Shown here: piece by piece, positions 38,296 to 47,724 of the stretch
Numbering within the stretch: the first letter of the stretch is position 1
How the letters are laid out: every line of letters starts with the position of its first letter
Virus record (IMG/VR): IMGVR_UViG_3300025126_000012
Strand: one strand, 5' to 3'
DNA length: 64,000 nucleotides
Source: an uncultured virus (IMG/VR IMGVR_UViG_3300025126_000012)
Taxonomy: Duplodnaviria; Heunggongvirae; Uroviricota; Caudoviricetes
Made by a program: the position numbers and the translations under genes
Notes under the pieces: generated by a model
Seen by the model: the letters and a program-made list of their open reading frames with translations, nothing else
Told to the model about the DNA's origin: nothing
Databases searched by the model: none

Positions 38296-38670
38296 ATGAA
38301 AACATACGAAGTCAAGGTTCATGAAAATGGCGACATTTATTGGTACCTGAACGGTAAACATCACCGCGAAGACGGGCCGGCGATTGAATTTGCTAATGGA
38401 GACAAATACTGGTGTATGAACGGTAAAAATCACCGCGAAGACGGCCCGGCGATTGAATTTGCTAATGGAGACAAATTCTGGTTTCTGAACGGTAAGCGCC
38501 ATCGTGAAGACGGCCCTGCTGTGGAATATGTTAATGGAGACAACTATTGGTTGTTGAATGGTGTAGAATACACCGAAGCAGAGTTCAATGCAAAGATGAA
38601 TACTGTAAAGGAATTGTCTGTTGCTGACATCGAAAAGTTACTTGGATGTAAAGTAAAGATTGTTAAGTGA
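38296..38670 (+). CDS. REDGPA-repeat protein B3 (3 repeats plus tail)
   Basis: Same family; upstream promoter copy has a deletion in the -10 region. Confidence 0.85.
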   Translation: MKTYEVKVHENGDIYWYLNGKHHREDGPAIEFANGDKYWCMNGKNHREDGPAIEFANGDKFWFLNGKRHREDGPAVEYVNGDNYWLLNGVEYTEAEFNAKMNTVKELSVADIEKLLGCKVKIVK

Positions 38671-38710
38671 TTGATGTATCATACATCTAGATGATGGAAA
38701 AGGGCTTAAA

Positions 38711-39979
38711 ATGAGTATTCTTGATATTTTGAATGAACTGACATCTACTCCTTCAACGAATGATAAAGTTAAAATTTTAGAACGAGAGAAAGATAATAAG
38801 GTACTGAAGCGAGTATTTCAAGCAGCGTATGATAAAACACTCACATACGGCATTAAAAAAATTCCTGAATACACCGAGTATGTCACCAAAATCAGTTTAG
38901 ATAAAGCAATCGATGAATTGACGGTTTTCTCTACTAGAAAATATACTGGCAATCAAGCAATTCAATATCTTTCAAATATACTTTCCAGGCTGTCTCCTGC
39001 CTCTGCAATTGTATTGGAGCGAGTAATTCAACGGGACCTTCGATGTGGAACAAGTGATACACTAGCCGCGCGAGTGTGGCCTGGCATCGTGCCTGTATTC
39101 GATGTGATGTTAGCGCACAAAGATATTTCTGGAATCAAATACCCTTGTATTGGGCAAATTAAATTCGATGGTGCAAGATGTCATTTAATTTGGGATGGCA
39201 CAAAAGCATCAGCTTGGTCCAGAAATGGCAAGGAAATTCAGACACTAGGAGTATTTGATTCCCAGATGCAAAGTGCATTTGGTGCTGAGTGCGTTACGAT
39301 TGATGGTGAATTGCTCATCGTGCGAGATGGCAAGATTATTGATAGAAAGACCGGGAATGGTATAATCAGCAAAGCCAATAAGGGAACAATTACTAAAGAA
39401 GAGGCAGATAGTATCCGTATGGTGGCATGGGACATTGTTGATGTTACTAGCAAAATTCCTTATGATGTGAGATTGCAAACTCTCACCGAGGCAATGTCGA
39501 AAGCGCTAAATCACAATATGATTATACTTGCTGAGACCCGCAGCATAAATTCTCCTGAAGAAGCGCAAAAAATGTTTGAGGAATGTATTTCACACGGGCA
39601 CGAGGGCGCCATGATGAAGAACATCAAACAGACATGGGAACCAAAACGAGTAAAGGGGATTGGTAAAATGAAGGCGGTAGAGAGTATTGAAGTGCGAATT
39701 ACTGAGATAATCGAAGGCACGGGTAAATATGCCGGGATGCTCGGCGCATTTGAATATTCTACTGATGACGGACTCATCAAAGGCAATGTAGGTTCTGGAT
39801 TTTCAGATGACCAGCGGAGGATGTTTTTTGATAAGAAATATATTGGTGAAATTATGGAGATTCTTTATAATCAACTAATCACTGATAAGAATACTAAACA
39901 ATATAGTCTGTTTTTGCCTAGGTTTGTTGATATTAGATTTGATAAAGATATCACGTCTAAATTTGAAGAAATTAAATAA
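38711..39979 (+). CDS. gp30: ATP-dependent DNA ligase
   Basis: KFDGAR, SRNGK, IDGEL, EG.M.K, VGSGF.D..R, LFLPRF..IR.DK. Confidence 0.95.
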   Translation: MSILDILNELTSTPSTNDKVKILEREKDNKVLKRVFQAAYDKTLTYGIKKIPEYTEYVTKISLDKAIDELTVFSTRKYTGNQAIQYLSNILSRLSPASAIVLERVIQRDLRCGTSDTLAARVWPGIVPVFDVMLAHKDISGIKYPCIGQIKFDGARCHLIWDGTKASAWSRNGKEIQTLGVFDSQMQSAFGAECVTIDGELLIVRDGKIIDRKTGNGIISKANKGTITKEEADSIRMVAWDIVDVTSKIPYDVRLQTLTEAMSKALNHNMIILAETRSINSPEEAQKMFEECISHGHEGAMMKNIKQTWEPKRVKGIGKMKAVESIEVRITEIIEGTGKYAGMLGAFEYSTDDGLIKGNVGSGFSDDQRRMFFDKKYIGEIMEILYNQLITDKNTKQYSLFLPRFVDIRFDKDITSKFEEIK

Positions 39980-39993
39980 TTGGATAAAACAAA

Positions 39994-40371
39994 ATGAAAA
40001 CATACGAAGTCAAGGTTCATGGTAATGGCACCACCCACTGGTACCTGAATGGTGAACACCATCGTGAAGACGGCCCTGCTGTTGAACTTGCTAATGGAAA
40101 CAAATACTGGTATCTGAACGATACACGCCATCGTGAAGACGGTCCTGCTGCTGAATATGCTGATGGTTCCAAATTCTGGTATCTGAATGGTAAATGCCAT
40201 CGTGAAGCCGGCCCTGCCATAGAACTTTCCAATGGAGATAAATTCTGGTATCTGAATGGTTTAGAATACACCGAAGCAGAATTCAATGCAAAGATGCATC
40301 CTGTGAAGGAATTGTCTGTTGCTGACATCGAAAACCTACTTGGGTATAAAGTGAAGATTGTAAAGGAATAA
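39994..40371 (+). CDS. REDGPA-repeat protein C1 (3 repeats plus tail)
   Basis: Same family. Confidence 0.85.
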   Translation: MKTYEVKVHGNGTTHWYLNGEHHREDGPAVELANGNKYWYLNDTRHREDGPAAEYADGSKFWYLNGKCHREAGPAIELSNGDKFWYLNGLEYTEAEFNAKMHPVKELSVADIENLLGYKVKIVKE

Positions 40372-40372
40372 A

Positions 40373-40888
40373 ATGAAAACATACGAAGTTAAAGTGCAAG
40401 ACAATGGTGACAAATTCTGGTACATGAATGGTAAACAACATCGTGAGGACGGTCCGGCTGTTGAACTTGCTAATGGAAACAAATATTGGTATCTGAACGA
40501 TAAGCGCCACCGTGAAGACGGTCCTGCGATTGAAAGTGCCAATGGAAACAAATTCTGGTGCCTGAACGGTAAACGCCATCGTGAGGACGGCCCTGCTGTT
40601 GAACTTGCTAATGGAAACAAATACTGGTATCTGAACGATACACGCCATCGTGAAGACGGTCCTGCTGCTGAATATGCTGATGGTTCCAAATTCTGGTATC
40701 TGAATGGTAAATGCCATCGTGAAGCCGGCCCTGCCATAGAACTTTCCAATGGAGATAAATTCTGGTATCTGAATGGTTTAGAATACACCGAAGCAGAATT
40801 CAATGCAAAGATGCATCCTGTGAAGGAATTGTCTGTTGCTGACATCGAAAACCTACTTGGGTATAACGTGAAAATTGTTAAGGACTAA
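40373..40888 (+). CDS. REDGPA-repeat protein C2 (5 repeats plus tail)
   Basis: Same family. Confidence 0.85.
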   Translation: MKTYEVKVQDNGDKFWYMNGKQHREDGPAVELANGNKYWYLNDKRHREDGPAIESANGNKFWCLNGKRHREDGPAVELANGNKYWYLNDTRHREDGPAAEYADGSKFWYLNGKCHREAGPAIELSNGDKFWYLNGLEYTEAEFNAKMHPVKELSVADIENLLGYNVKIVKD

Positions 40889-40889
40889 A

Positions 40890-41129
40890 ATGAAAACATA
40901 CGAAGTCAAGGTTCATGGTAATGGCACCAAATTCTGGTATCTGAATGGTAAACTTCACAGTGAAGCCGGCCCGGCGATTGAATATGCTACTGGAGATAAA
41001 CATTGGTGTCTGAATGGGGTAGAATGCACCGAAGCAGAATTCAATGTAAAGATGCATCCTGTGAAGGAATTGTCTGTTGCTGACATCGAAAACCTACTCG
41101 GTTTTAAAGTGAAAATTGTAAAGGAATAG
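40890..41129 (+). CDS. REDGPA-repeat protein C3 (1 repeat plus tail)
   Basis: Same family. Confidence 0.85.
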   Translation: MKTYEVKVHGNGTKFWYLNGKLHSEAGPAIEYATGDKHWCLNGVECTEAEFNVKMHPVKELSVADIENLLGFKVKIVKE

Positions 41130-41576
41130 ATGAAACCATACGAAATCAAGATTAATGATGATGGCGGCATTTATTGGTATCTGAATTGTGAATTGCATCG
41201 TGAAGACGGCCCTGCAATTGAACTTGCCAATGGAAACAAAATCTGGTTCAAAGATGGTAAACTGCATCGTGAAGACGGCCCTGCAGTAGAACTTGCTAAT
41301 GGAAACAAACATTGGTTTTTGAATGGTAAACTGCATCGTGAAGACGGCCCTGCTGCTGAATACGCCAATGGAGATAAATTCTGGTATCTGAACGGTAAAT
41401 GCCATCGTGAAGACGGCCCGGCGATTGAATATGTCGACGGAAACAAATACTGGTATCTAGATGATATAAGATACACCGAAGCAGAATTTAATGCAATGCT
41501 CAATCCAGAAAAAGAATTGTCTGTTGCTGACATCGAAAAGCTACTTGGGTATAAAGTGAAGATTGTAAAGGAATAA
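41130..41576 (+). CDS. REDGPA-repeat protein C4 (4 repeats plus tail)
   Basis: Same family. Confidence 0.85.
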   Translation: MKPYEIKINDDGGIYWYLNCELHREDGPAIELANGNKIWFKDGKLHREDGPAVELANGNKHWFLNGKLHREDGPAAEYANGDKFWYLNGKCHREDGPAIEYVDGNKYWYLDDIRYTEAEFNAMLNPEKELSVADIEKLLGYKVKIVKE

Positions 41577-41577
41577 A

Positions 41578-41955
41578 ATGAAAACATACGAAGTTAAGGT
41601 TCATGATAATGGCGACATTTATTGGTACCTGAACGGTAAATTGCACCGTGAAGACGGCCCTGCTGCTGAATATGTCGACGGAAACAAATACTGGTACCTG
41701 AACGGTAAACGCCATCGAGAAGACGGCCCGGCGATTGAATTTGCTAATGGAGATAAACACTGGTATCTGAACGATAAACTGCGGCATGAAGACGGCCCGG
41801 CGATTGAATTTGCTAATGGAGACAATTTCTGGTATCTGAATGGTGTAATATGTACCGAAGCAGAATTCAATGCAAAGATGCATCCTGTAAAGGAATTGTC
41901 TGTTGCTGACATCGAAAACCTACTTGGTTTTAAAGTGAAGATTGTAAAGGAATAA
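41578..41955 (+). CDS. REDGPA-repeat protein C5 (3 repeats plus tail)
   Basis: Same family. Confidence 0.85.
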   Translation: MKTYEVKVHDNGDIYWYLNGKLHREDGPAAEYVDGNKYWYLNGKRHREDGPAIEFANGDKHWYLNDKLRHEDGPAIEFANGDNFWYLNGVICTEAEFNAKMHPVKELSVADIENLLGFKVKIVKE

Positions 41956-41984
41956 AATGAAATTTCTAGCTGGGGGTAGAAATT

Positions 41985-42596
41985 TTGTGCGCTGATAATA
42001 AAGATAAATTGCCCCATATTCTCATTGCTTGCCACGGTTTACCTGGGTCTGGTAAAGACACATTTGCAAATCATCTTATCCGAGATGGTGGTAATTGGTC
42101 AAAAGTATCATTTGCCGCCCCAATTAAACGAGGACTCTCGGCGATGTTCAATATCCCGATGGAAGACATTGAGAACCCAAATATCAAAAATTCCGCCCAT
42201 TATAAATTTGAGCGAAGTATCAGATACATGGCGCAAACTCTAGGTACTGAATGGGGCAGAGTATTAATTAAAGATTCCGTATGGGTCGATTTGGCCCAAG
42301 AAGGAATAGAGCATGCATGGAATAAAGGACAATCTGTTGTCAATACTGATTTACGTTTTGAGAATGAGGCTAAAAGAGTAAAAGATTTGGGGGGATTTAT
42401 TGTCCATATTATTCGCGACGATAATAAATTCGATTCTGATAATAAAATAAACGGAGCAGTCAATCACGCGTCCAATATCACGTTAGATGAAAAGTACATC
42501 GATTTTGTAATTTTCAATAATGGTACAATAGATGAGTTTCAAAGCGACATAACAAAAGTAATAAAAGAGATTACAAAAGGAGCAATAAATGAGTGA
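41985..42596 (+). CDS. Deoxynucleoside monophosphate kinase (gp1-like)
   Basis: G..GSGKDT, FA.PIK, R...Q.LGTEWGR, D.RF.NE. Confidence 0.9.
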   Translation: MCADNKDKLPHILIACHGLPGSGKDTFANHLIRDGGNWSKVSFAAPIKRGLSAMFNIPMEDIENPNIKNSAHYKFERSIRYMAQTLGTEWGRVLIKDSVWVDLAQEGIEHAWNKGQSVVNTDLRFENEAKRVKDLGGFIVHIIRDDNKFDSDNKINGAVNHASNITLDEKYIDFVIFNNGTIDEFQSDITKVIKEITKGAINE

Positions 42597-43152
42597 CACT
42601 TTTCTAATTGCAGACCAACACTTTGGCCATTGTAACATCCTCTCATTTTTAAACGAGGATGGTTCAAATTTGAGGACATTTGACTCGTGTGAAGAGATGG
42701 ACGAGACTATGGTTAATAATCATAATTCAGTTGTTGGGCCAAATGATACAGTTTATTTCTTGGGAGATGTGTGTTTTGGTGCTACTCACTTTCATAATGT
42801 CATGCCAAGATTGAATGGCGCAAAAGTCCTCATTAAAGGAAATCACGATAGTTTGAAGATGTCAGCTTATAATCAGTACTTTAAAGATGTTAGGTCTTGT
42901 CACATGCTAGACAGGATTCATTTGAGCCACATTCCAATCCACCCAGGAAGTCTAAGCAGGTGGAGGAGTAACGTGCATGGGCATTTACATTCTGGAACTG
43001 TGAAGAAGCAATTATTTTCTTTAGAACATGGTTCACCGGTCTGGACTGAAATCGACGACCCTAAGTACTTCAACGTATCTGTAGAAAGGAATAATTATAC
43101 GCCTGTTGCATTTGAAGTAATCAATAAGCATTTCAAAGATAATGGGCTGTGA
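42589..43152 (+). CDS. Calcineurin-like metallophosphoesterase
   Basis: ADQHFGH, LGDV, GNHD, HGHLH. Confidence 0.88.
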   Translation: MSDTFLIADQHFGHCNILSFLNEDGSNLRTFDSCEEMDETMVNNHNSVVGPNDTVYFLGDVCFGATHFHNVMPRLNGAKVLIKGNHDSLKMSAYNQYFKDVRSCHMLDRIHLSHIPIHPGSLSRWRSNVHGHLHSGTVKKQLFSLEHGSPVWTEIDDPKYFNVSVERNNYTPVAFEVINKHFKDNGL

Positions 43153-43247
43153 GTAATTGAGTTATTATTCTTCCTCCAAAGATTCACAAATCAAAATAAT
43201 TTGATTGTTGGCTTGACATGGTTTAAAATAATAACAGGGAGATAATT

Positions 43248-44744
43248 ATGAAATTTTACACTTATTGCCAAACTCTTGGTAATTCTATATTATATAGAGG
43301 ATATGATAAGGGCCGACAAATAATCGAAAAGATTGATTTTGGCCCTACATTATTCGTTTCCACAAAAAATAGAGACGAAAAATCTTGGAATGATTTATAC
43401 AAAAACACCCCACTCGAACCAATTCAATTCAATAATATCCGAGAAGCAAAAGATTATGTAGAAATGTATAAGGATGTCCATGGGATTGAACTTCATGGCA
43501 TGACTAAGTGGAACCTTCAATATATAAATTCAAAATTTCCAGGAGATATTGAATATGATATATCACATGTAAAAATTCACACGATAGACATCGAAACAGT
43601 AGATGAGGATTCCGAAGAAGGTTTTCCTGATATTCAGGCAGCGCGCATTCCGATTGTTCTCATATCTATACACGATAATATAACAGATAAAACGGTCGTA
43701 TTAGGATTAAAAGAGTTTGATAAAGTTGAGTCTGATGCCTTTATATATAAAAAATTTGATACTGAGAAAGAACTATTAAAGTTTTTTATCGAATTTCAGA
43801 TTGCAACAAAACCAGATGTTTGGACGGGGTGGAATACATCAGGATTCGATATACCATATATGATTAATCGAATCAAACTACTATTTGATGAGACACAAGT
43901 TAAACGGCTATCGCCATTCAATTATATTCGTGAAAAGATGGTTAATATCCGTGGAAAAGAAATTCAGACGTATGAGATTTATGGTATCATAGACTTGGAT
44001 TATCTTGAACTCTATAAGAAATTCGGCACATATTCATCGAAAGAATCGTACGCATTAGGATTTATTGCCCAAGAAGAACTTGGCGAAACAAAACTTGAAT
44101 TACCAGGGGTGTCATTCAGAGATTCTTACGTAAACCACTTCGACACTTTCGTGAGATATAATGCGATAGACTCAATTCTTGTTAAGAAATTAGAAGACAA
44201 GATGAAGTTGATTGAACTTGCTTTTGCTATGGCATATATGTATCATTGCAATCTAGGAGATGTATATCGCACTGTTGCTCCATGGGAAGCATTCATCTAT
44301 CATCACTTGAATAAGAAAAAGATTGCAGTTCCGCCTCGAAAAAATGGATTGAGGGGGGATGTAGAAGGTGCATGGGTGAAAGACGGTATACAGGGCATGT
44401 ATGGATGGTGTATGTCTTTCGACTTCTCATCCCTATATCCTTCTGTTATTCGTCAATGGAACATATCGCCGGAGACATTTAGAGCACCGGAATATGATAT
44501 TAGAGCAAGAAATTTCTTGGATAATGATGCAGATGCTATTGCTGCCATTGATTATGCAAAATCAATCAATCATACAATTGCTGCAAATGGTACAATGTAT
44601 GATAAATCCAAAAAAGGATTTCTAGCAGAATTGATGGAATATTGTATGACTGGTCGTGCAATAGCTAAAAAAGAAATGCTTCGACTAGAATCGGAATATC
44701 AAATTATAGAAAGGGAAATAAGTGAACGCGCAGCGCGACCGTAG
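43248..44744 (+). CDS. gp43: DNA polymerase B, N-terminal subunit (gp43A)
   Basis: DIET exonuclease I, GWN..GFDIPY, motif A SFDFSSLYPS; ends in the fingers domain. Confidence 0.93.
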   Translation: MKFYTYCQTLGNSILYRGYDKGRQIIEKIDFGPTLFVSTKNRDEKSWNDLYKNTPLEPIQFNNIREAKDYVEMYKDVHGIELHGMTKWNLQYINSKFPGDIEYDISHVKIHTIDIETVDEDSEEGFPDIQAARIPIVLISIHDNITDKTVVLGLKEFDKVESDAFIYKKFDTEKELLKFFIEFQIATKPDVWTGWNTSGFDIPYMINRIKLLFDETQVKRLSPFNYIREKMVNIRGKEIQTYEIYGIIDLDYLELYKKFGTYSSKESYALGFIAQEELGETKLELPGVSFRDSYVNHFDTFVRYNAIDSILVKKLEDKMKLIELAFAMAYMYHCNLGDVYRTVAPWEAFIYHHLNKKKIAVPPRKNGLRGDVEGAWVKDGIQGMYGWCMSFDFSSLYPSVIRQWNISPETFRAPEYDIRARNFLDNDADAIAAIDYAKSINHTIAANGTMYDKSKKGFLAELMEYCMTGRAIAKKEMLRLESEYQIIEREISERAARP

Positions 44745-44775
44745 AGATTGGCAATAATCATTAGAAAGGAAACAT

Positions 44776-46113
44776 ATGAATTATTCAGAAATGACTTTAG
44801 ACGAGCTTTTAGAATTGAGAAATAGTAGTAGAGCAAAAATAGCAGCATTAAAAAATAAACAACTTGCATTGAAAATCGCTTAATCGTGGGCGCAATACAA
44901 AGAAATTTGTAATTGAAAACTATGTGAATTCGGTGAACATCCCAAATTGGGACAATACCGAGCCAAGCCCTAATATGGGAAGGTGTAACGACTAGGCGAA
45001 AGCCGTAGGGTCAAGTGACTCGAAGCGCATAGCACCTGTGAAGGTGAAGAGATAGTCTGTTCTGCATAGTAATATGCAGCTATATGGGATGAAATTAACG
45101 ACTTCATTTAAACACAAAAGGCGAATTCTGCATTCGGCAGCATTGGCAATGAGGGGTTCCATTATTATGATTATCGCATGGCTGAGGCGATTACACTTAC
45201 TGGTCAACTATCAGACATCCATTTGGCAAATTTGTTGAATATGAATTTCAATAAAATATTAGAAACAAAAGATGTAGATTATATTATTGCAGGCGACACT
45301 GACTCTGTGATTATTAATTGTCAGAGAATTGTAGATAAATTTGCGTCAAACAAATCGACAGGTGATGTTGTTAAATTTTTGGATGATTTCGCTAATAAAA
45401 TATGTCAACCAATTATCAATAATAGCGTCAGTGTGATTTTTGATAAAATGAATGCTTATGATAAAATAATGGGAAGTAAGAGAGAAGCAATTGCGTCAAA
45501 GATGTTATATCGAGCAAAAAAGAACTACGCAATGTATGTATATAACTCCGAAGGGGTTGCATACAATCCACCTAAACTTAAAGTAATGGGAATTGAGATT
45601 GTAAGGTCGTCTACCCCTAAATGGTGCAGAAATAAATTAAAAGAATTATTACAGTTGATGTTTGAATCAGATGAATATACTCTACGAAAGAGATTTTTGG
45701 AACTGGAGAAAGAATTCAAAACATTGCCGCCTAGTGAAGTAGCATTCCCGCGGGGAGTGAGTGATATTGGCAAATATTTTGCAAATAATGCAATTAGAAC
45801 CGGCATGACAGTACCTATGCATGTAAGGGCAGCCTGTCTGTTCAATATGAATGCAGTTAAATTCAAACAATATCAACAAATTCAAAATGGGGACAAAATA
45901 AAATTCTTATATTTGAAGATGCCAAATCCAATTAGACAAAACGTAATAGGCTTTCCTTCTAATATTGATTTGCCTCCTGAATTTAAACTGCATGGATACT
46001 TAGATTATGATACGCAGTTTGAGAAGACAGTAGAAAATGCAATGAAATCATTGACAGATTGTGCTGGCTGGAAATTGAGAGAAGAAAGTTCATTAGAATC
46101 ATTTTTTGACTGA
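44776..46113 (+). CDS. gp43: DNA polymerase B, C-terminal subunit (gp43B), join(44776..44880,45121..46113)
   Basis: Own RBS (AAGGA); splicing restores motif B QLALKIA|ANSAFG; motif C GDTDS, KKNY, KLKVMGIE. Confidence 0.88.
44881..45120 (+). ncRNA. Group I self-splicing intron (240 nt, no ORF)
   Basis: 5' exon ends in U (CGCU pairs with IGS GGCG, giving U.G); P7 strands GACUA / UAGUC; terminal G; removal restores motif B in frame. Confidence 0.9.
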
Positions 46114-46177
46114 TAAATAATTGCATGGTATCCGACTCCATGCACAAATCAAAAGTCGTAAATGAAAGGAGAAATAC

Positions 46178-47083
46178 ATGAGTCTATTAGACAAACTTAA
46201 AGCAGTAGGTTCAATTAAAGCAGAAACAGTAGCAGCATCAAGTTTCTTTGCTCCAAAAGATTTAGTTCAAACAAATATCCCTATTATCAACGTAGCATTT
46301 AGCGGTATACTTGATGGTGGGATAGTATCAGGTCTTACAATTCTTGCAGGACCTTCAAAACACTTCAAATCTAATCTTGGTCTTGTTTGTGTAAGTTCAT
46401 ACATGAAGAAATATAAAGAGGCCGTATGTTTATTTTATGATTCTGAGTTCGGCATTACTCCTGAATATATGTTATCGCATGGAATTGACACAGAACGAGT
46501 ATTACATATTCCACTTGAACACATCGAACAATTAAAATTTGACATCACAAAGCGCCTAGCAGAAATTAAAAAAGGTGATAAGGTAATCATTTTTATCGAT
46601 TCTATTGGCAATCTTGCGTCGAAGAAAGAAGTTGAAGATGCAGAAAATGAAAAGTCAGTAGCTGATATGACTCGAGCTAAATCACTTAAGAGTTTGTTTC
46701 GTATTATTACTCCACACCTGACAGTAAAAGATTTGCCATGTATTGCAGTCAACCACGTATATGCCGAAGTGGGACCGTTCGCGCGGACGGTCGTTAGTGG
46801 TGGGTGTTTGCTTGCAGGCACACAGTTAGAAATGGCGGACGGTCAAAAGAAGACTATTGAATCTATTAATGTAGGAGATATGGTGAATACATTAAATGGG
46901 CCTAAAAAAGTAACACATACATGGAATCCAGATACGTTGTTACACGGAACCCCAGAATGTATTAGATTTACATTTGATGATGGTTATTCAGTAACAGTTT
47001 CAGAAAATCATCCATTTTTAACATCGGAGGGGTGGGTAGAAGCAAAAAATCTCACAGAAAATCATATTTTTGTGGTTAGATGA
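46178..47083 (+). CDS. uvsX: UvsX N-extein (209 aa) plus N-intein (92 aa from Cys at 46805)
   Basis: AGPSKHFKS, YDSEFG, IDSIGNLAS, VVSGG|CLLAGT, block B SENHPF. Confidence 0.92.
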   Translation: MSLLDKLKAVGSIKAETVAASSFFAPKDLVQTNIPIINVAFSGILDGGIVSGLTILAGPSKHFKSNLGLVCVSSYMKKYKEAVCLFYDSEFGITPEYMLSHGIDTERVLHIPLEHIEQLKFDITKRLAEIKKGDKVIIFIDSIGNLASKKEVEDAENEKSVADMTRAKSLKSLFRIITPHLTVKDLPCIAVNHVYAEVGPFARTVVSGGCLLAGTQLEMADGQKKTIESINVGDMVNTLNGPKKVTHTWNPDTLLHGTPECIRFTFDDGYSVTVSENHPFLTSEGWVEAKNLTENHIFVVR

Positions 47084-47196
47084 TTGACATCCTCTACAGA
47101 GGGGCAGTTAAAATAGGGTGAAAATAATCAAGGAGTGTAGCAGCGGCAAATACTATTACCGAGGCAGAATAACAAAATAGACATGGAGAAAAGAAA

Positions 47197-47724
47197 ATGA
47201 AATTAATAAAGATAGAGAATGTTGGGATTAAACCAGTATATGATATATCTGTGGAAGATGTTGAGCATTATATTCTTGAAAATGGTATTGTTACACACAA
47301 TACGGGCCTCTACTATTCCTCAAATCAGATTTTCATCATCGGCAGGTCTCAAGAAAAGGCGGGAACAGAGGTGGTAGGTTATAATTTTACAATCAACATT
47401 GAAAAATCGAGATTCGTGAAAGAAAAAAGCAAACTTCAGTTTCAGGTTATGTTCGATGGTGGTATTGATAAGTATTCTGGTTTACTTGAACTTGCATTAG
47501 AAAGCGGGTTTGTTCAAAAACCTTCTAATGGTTGGTATATAAGAGTAGATAAAAATACTGGTGAGATATTGGATGAAAAGAAAGTCAGAGAAGCAGATAC
47601 TCATAATAAAACATTTTGGGCGCCGATTTTATCTAATCCAGATTTCTATAAATTCGTGAAAAATAAATTTCAATTGTCAGTTAATCCAATGAACGCGGAG
47701 GTGAAAGATGACAAAACTATATAA
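47197..47724 (+). CDS. uvsX: C-intein (35 aa) plus UvsX C-extein
   Basis: MKLIKIE..VYDISV..HY....IVTHN|TGLYYSS..KSRFVKEKS. Confidence 0.92.
   Translation: MKLIKIENVGIKPVYDISVEDVEHYILENGIVTHNTGLYYSSNQIFIIGRSQEKAGTEVVGYNFTINIEKSRFVKEKSKLQFQVMFDGGIDKYSGLLELALESGFVQKPSNGWYIRVDKNTGEILDEKKVREADTHNKTFWAPILSNPDFYKFVKNKFQLSVNPMNAEVKDDKTI

Noticed and set aside
14956..41955. Diversity-generating retroelement behind the repeat-gene arrays
   Set aside because: No reverse transcriptase or non-coding template repeat in the window; differences are not confined to adenines and include repeat-number changes
14935..42035. Many minus-strand ORFs over the repeat arrays
   Set aside because: They are antisense shadows of the repetitive + strand genes, with no RBS or promoter support
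44742..44778. Read-through fusing gp43A and gp43B
   Set aside because: The two ORFs are in different frames and gp43B has its own RBS
45178..46113. Track ORF start at 45178 as the gp43B start
   Set aside because: It would lack motif B; the spliced model from 44776 restores the motif and has an RBS
47084..47196. Group I intron between the uvsX halves
   Set aside because: Only 113 nt, no P7 motifs, and the downstream half has its own RBS and ATG
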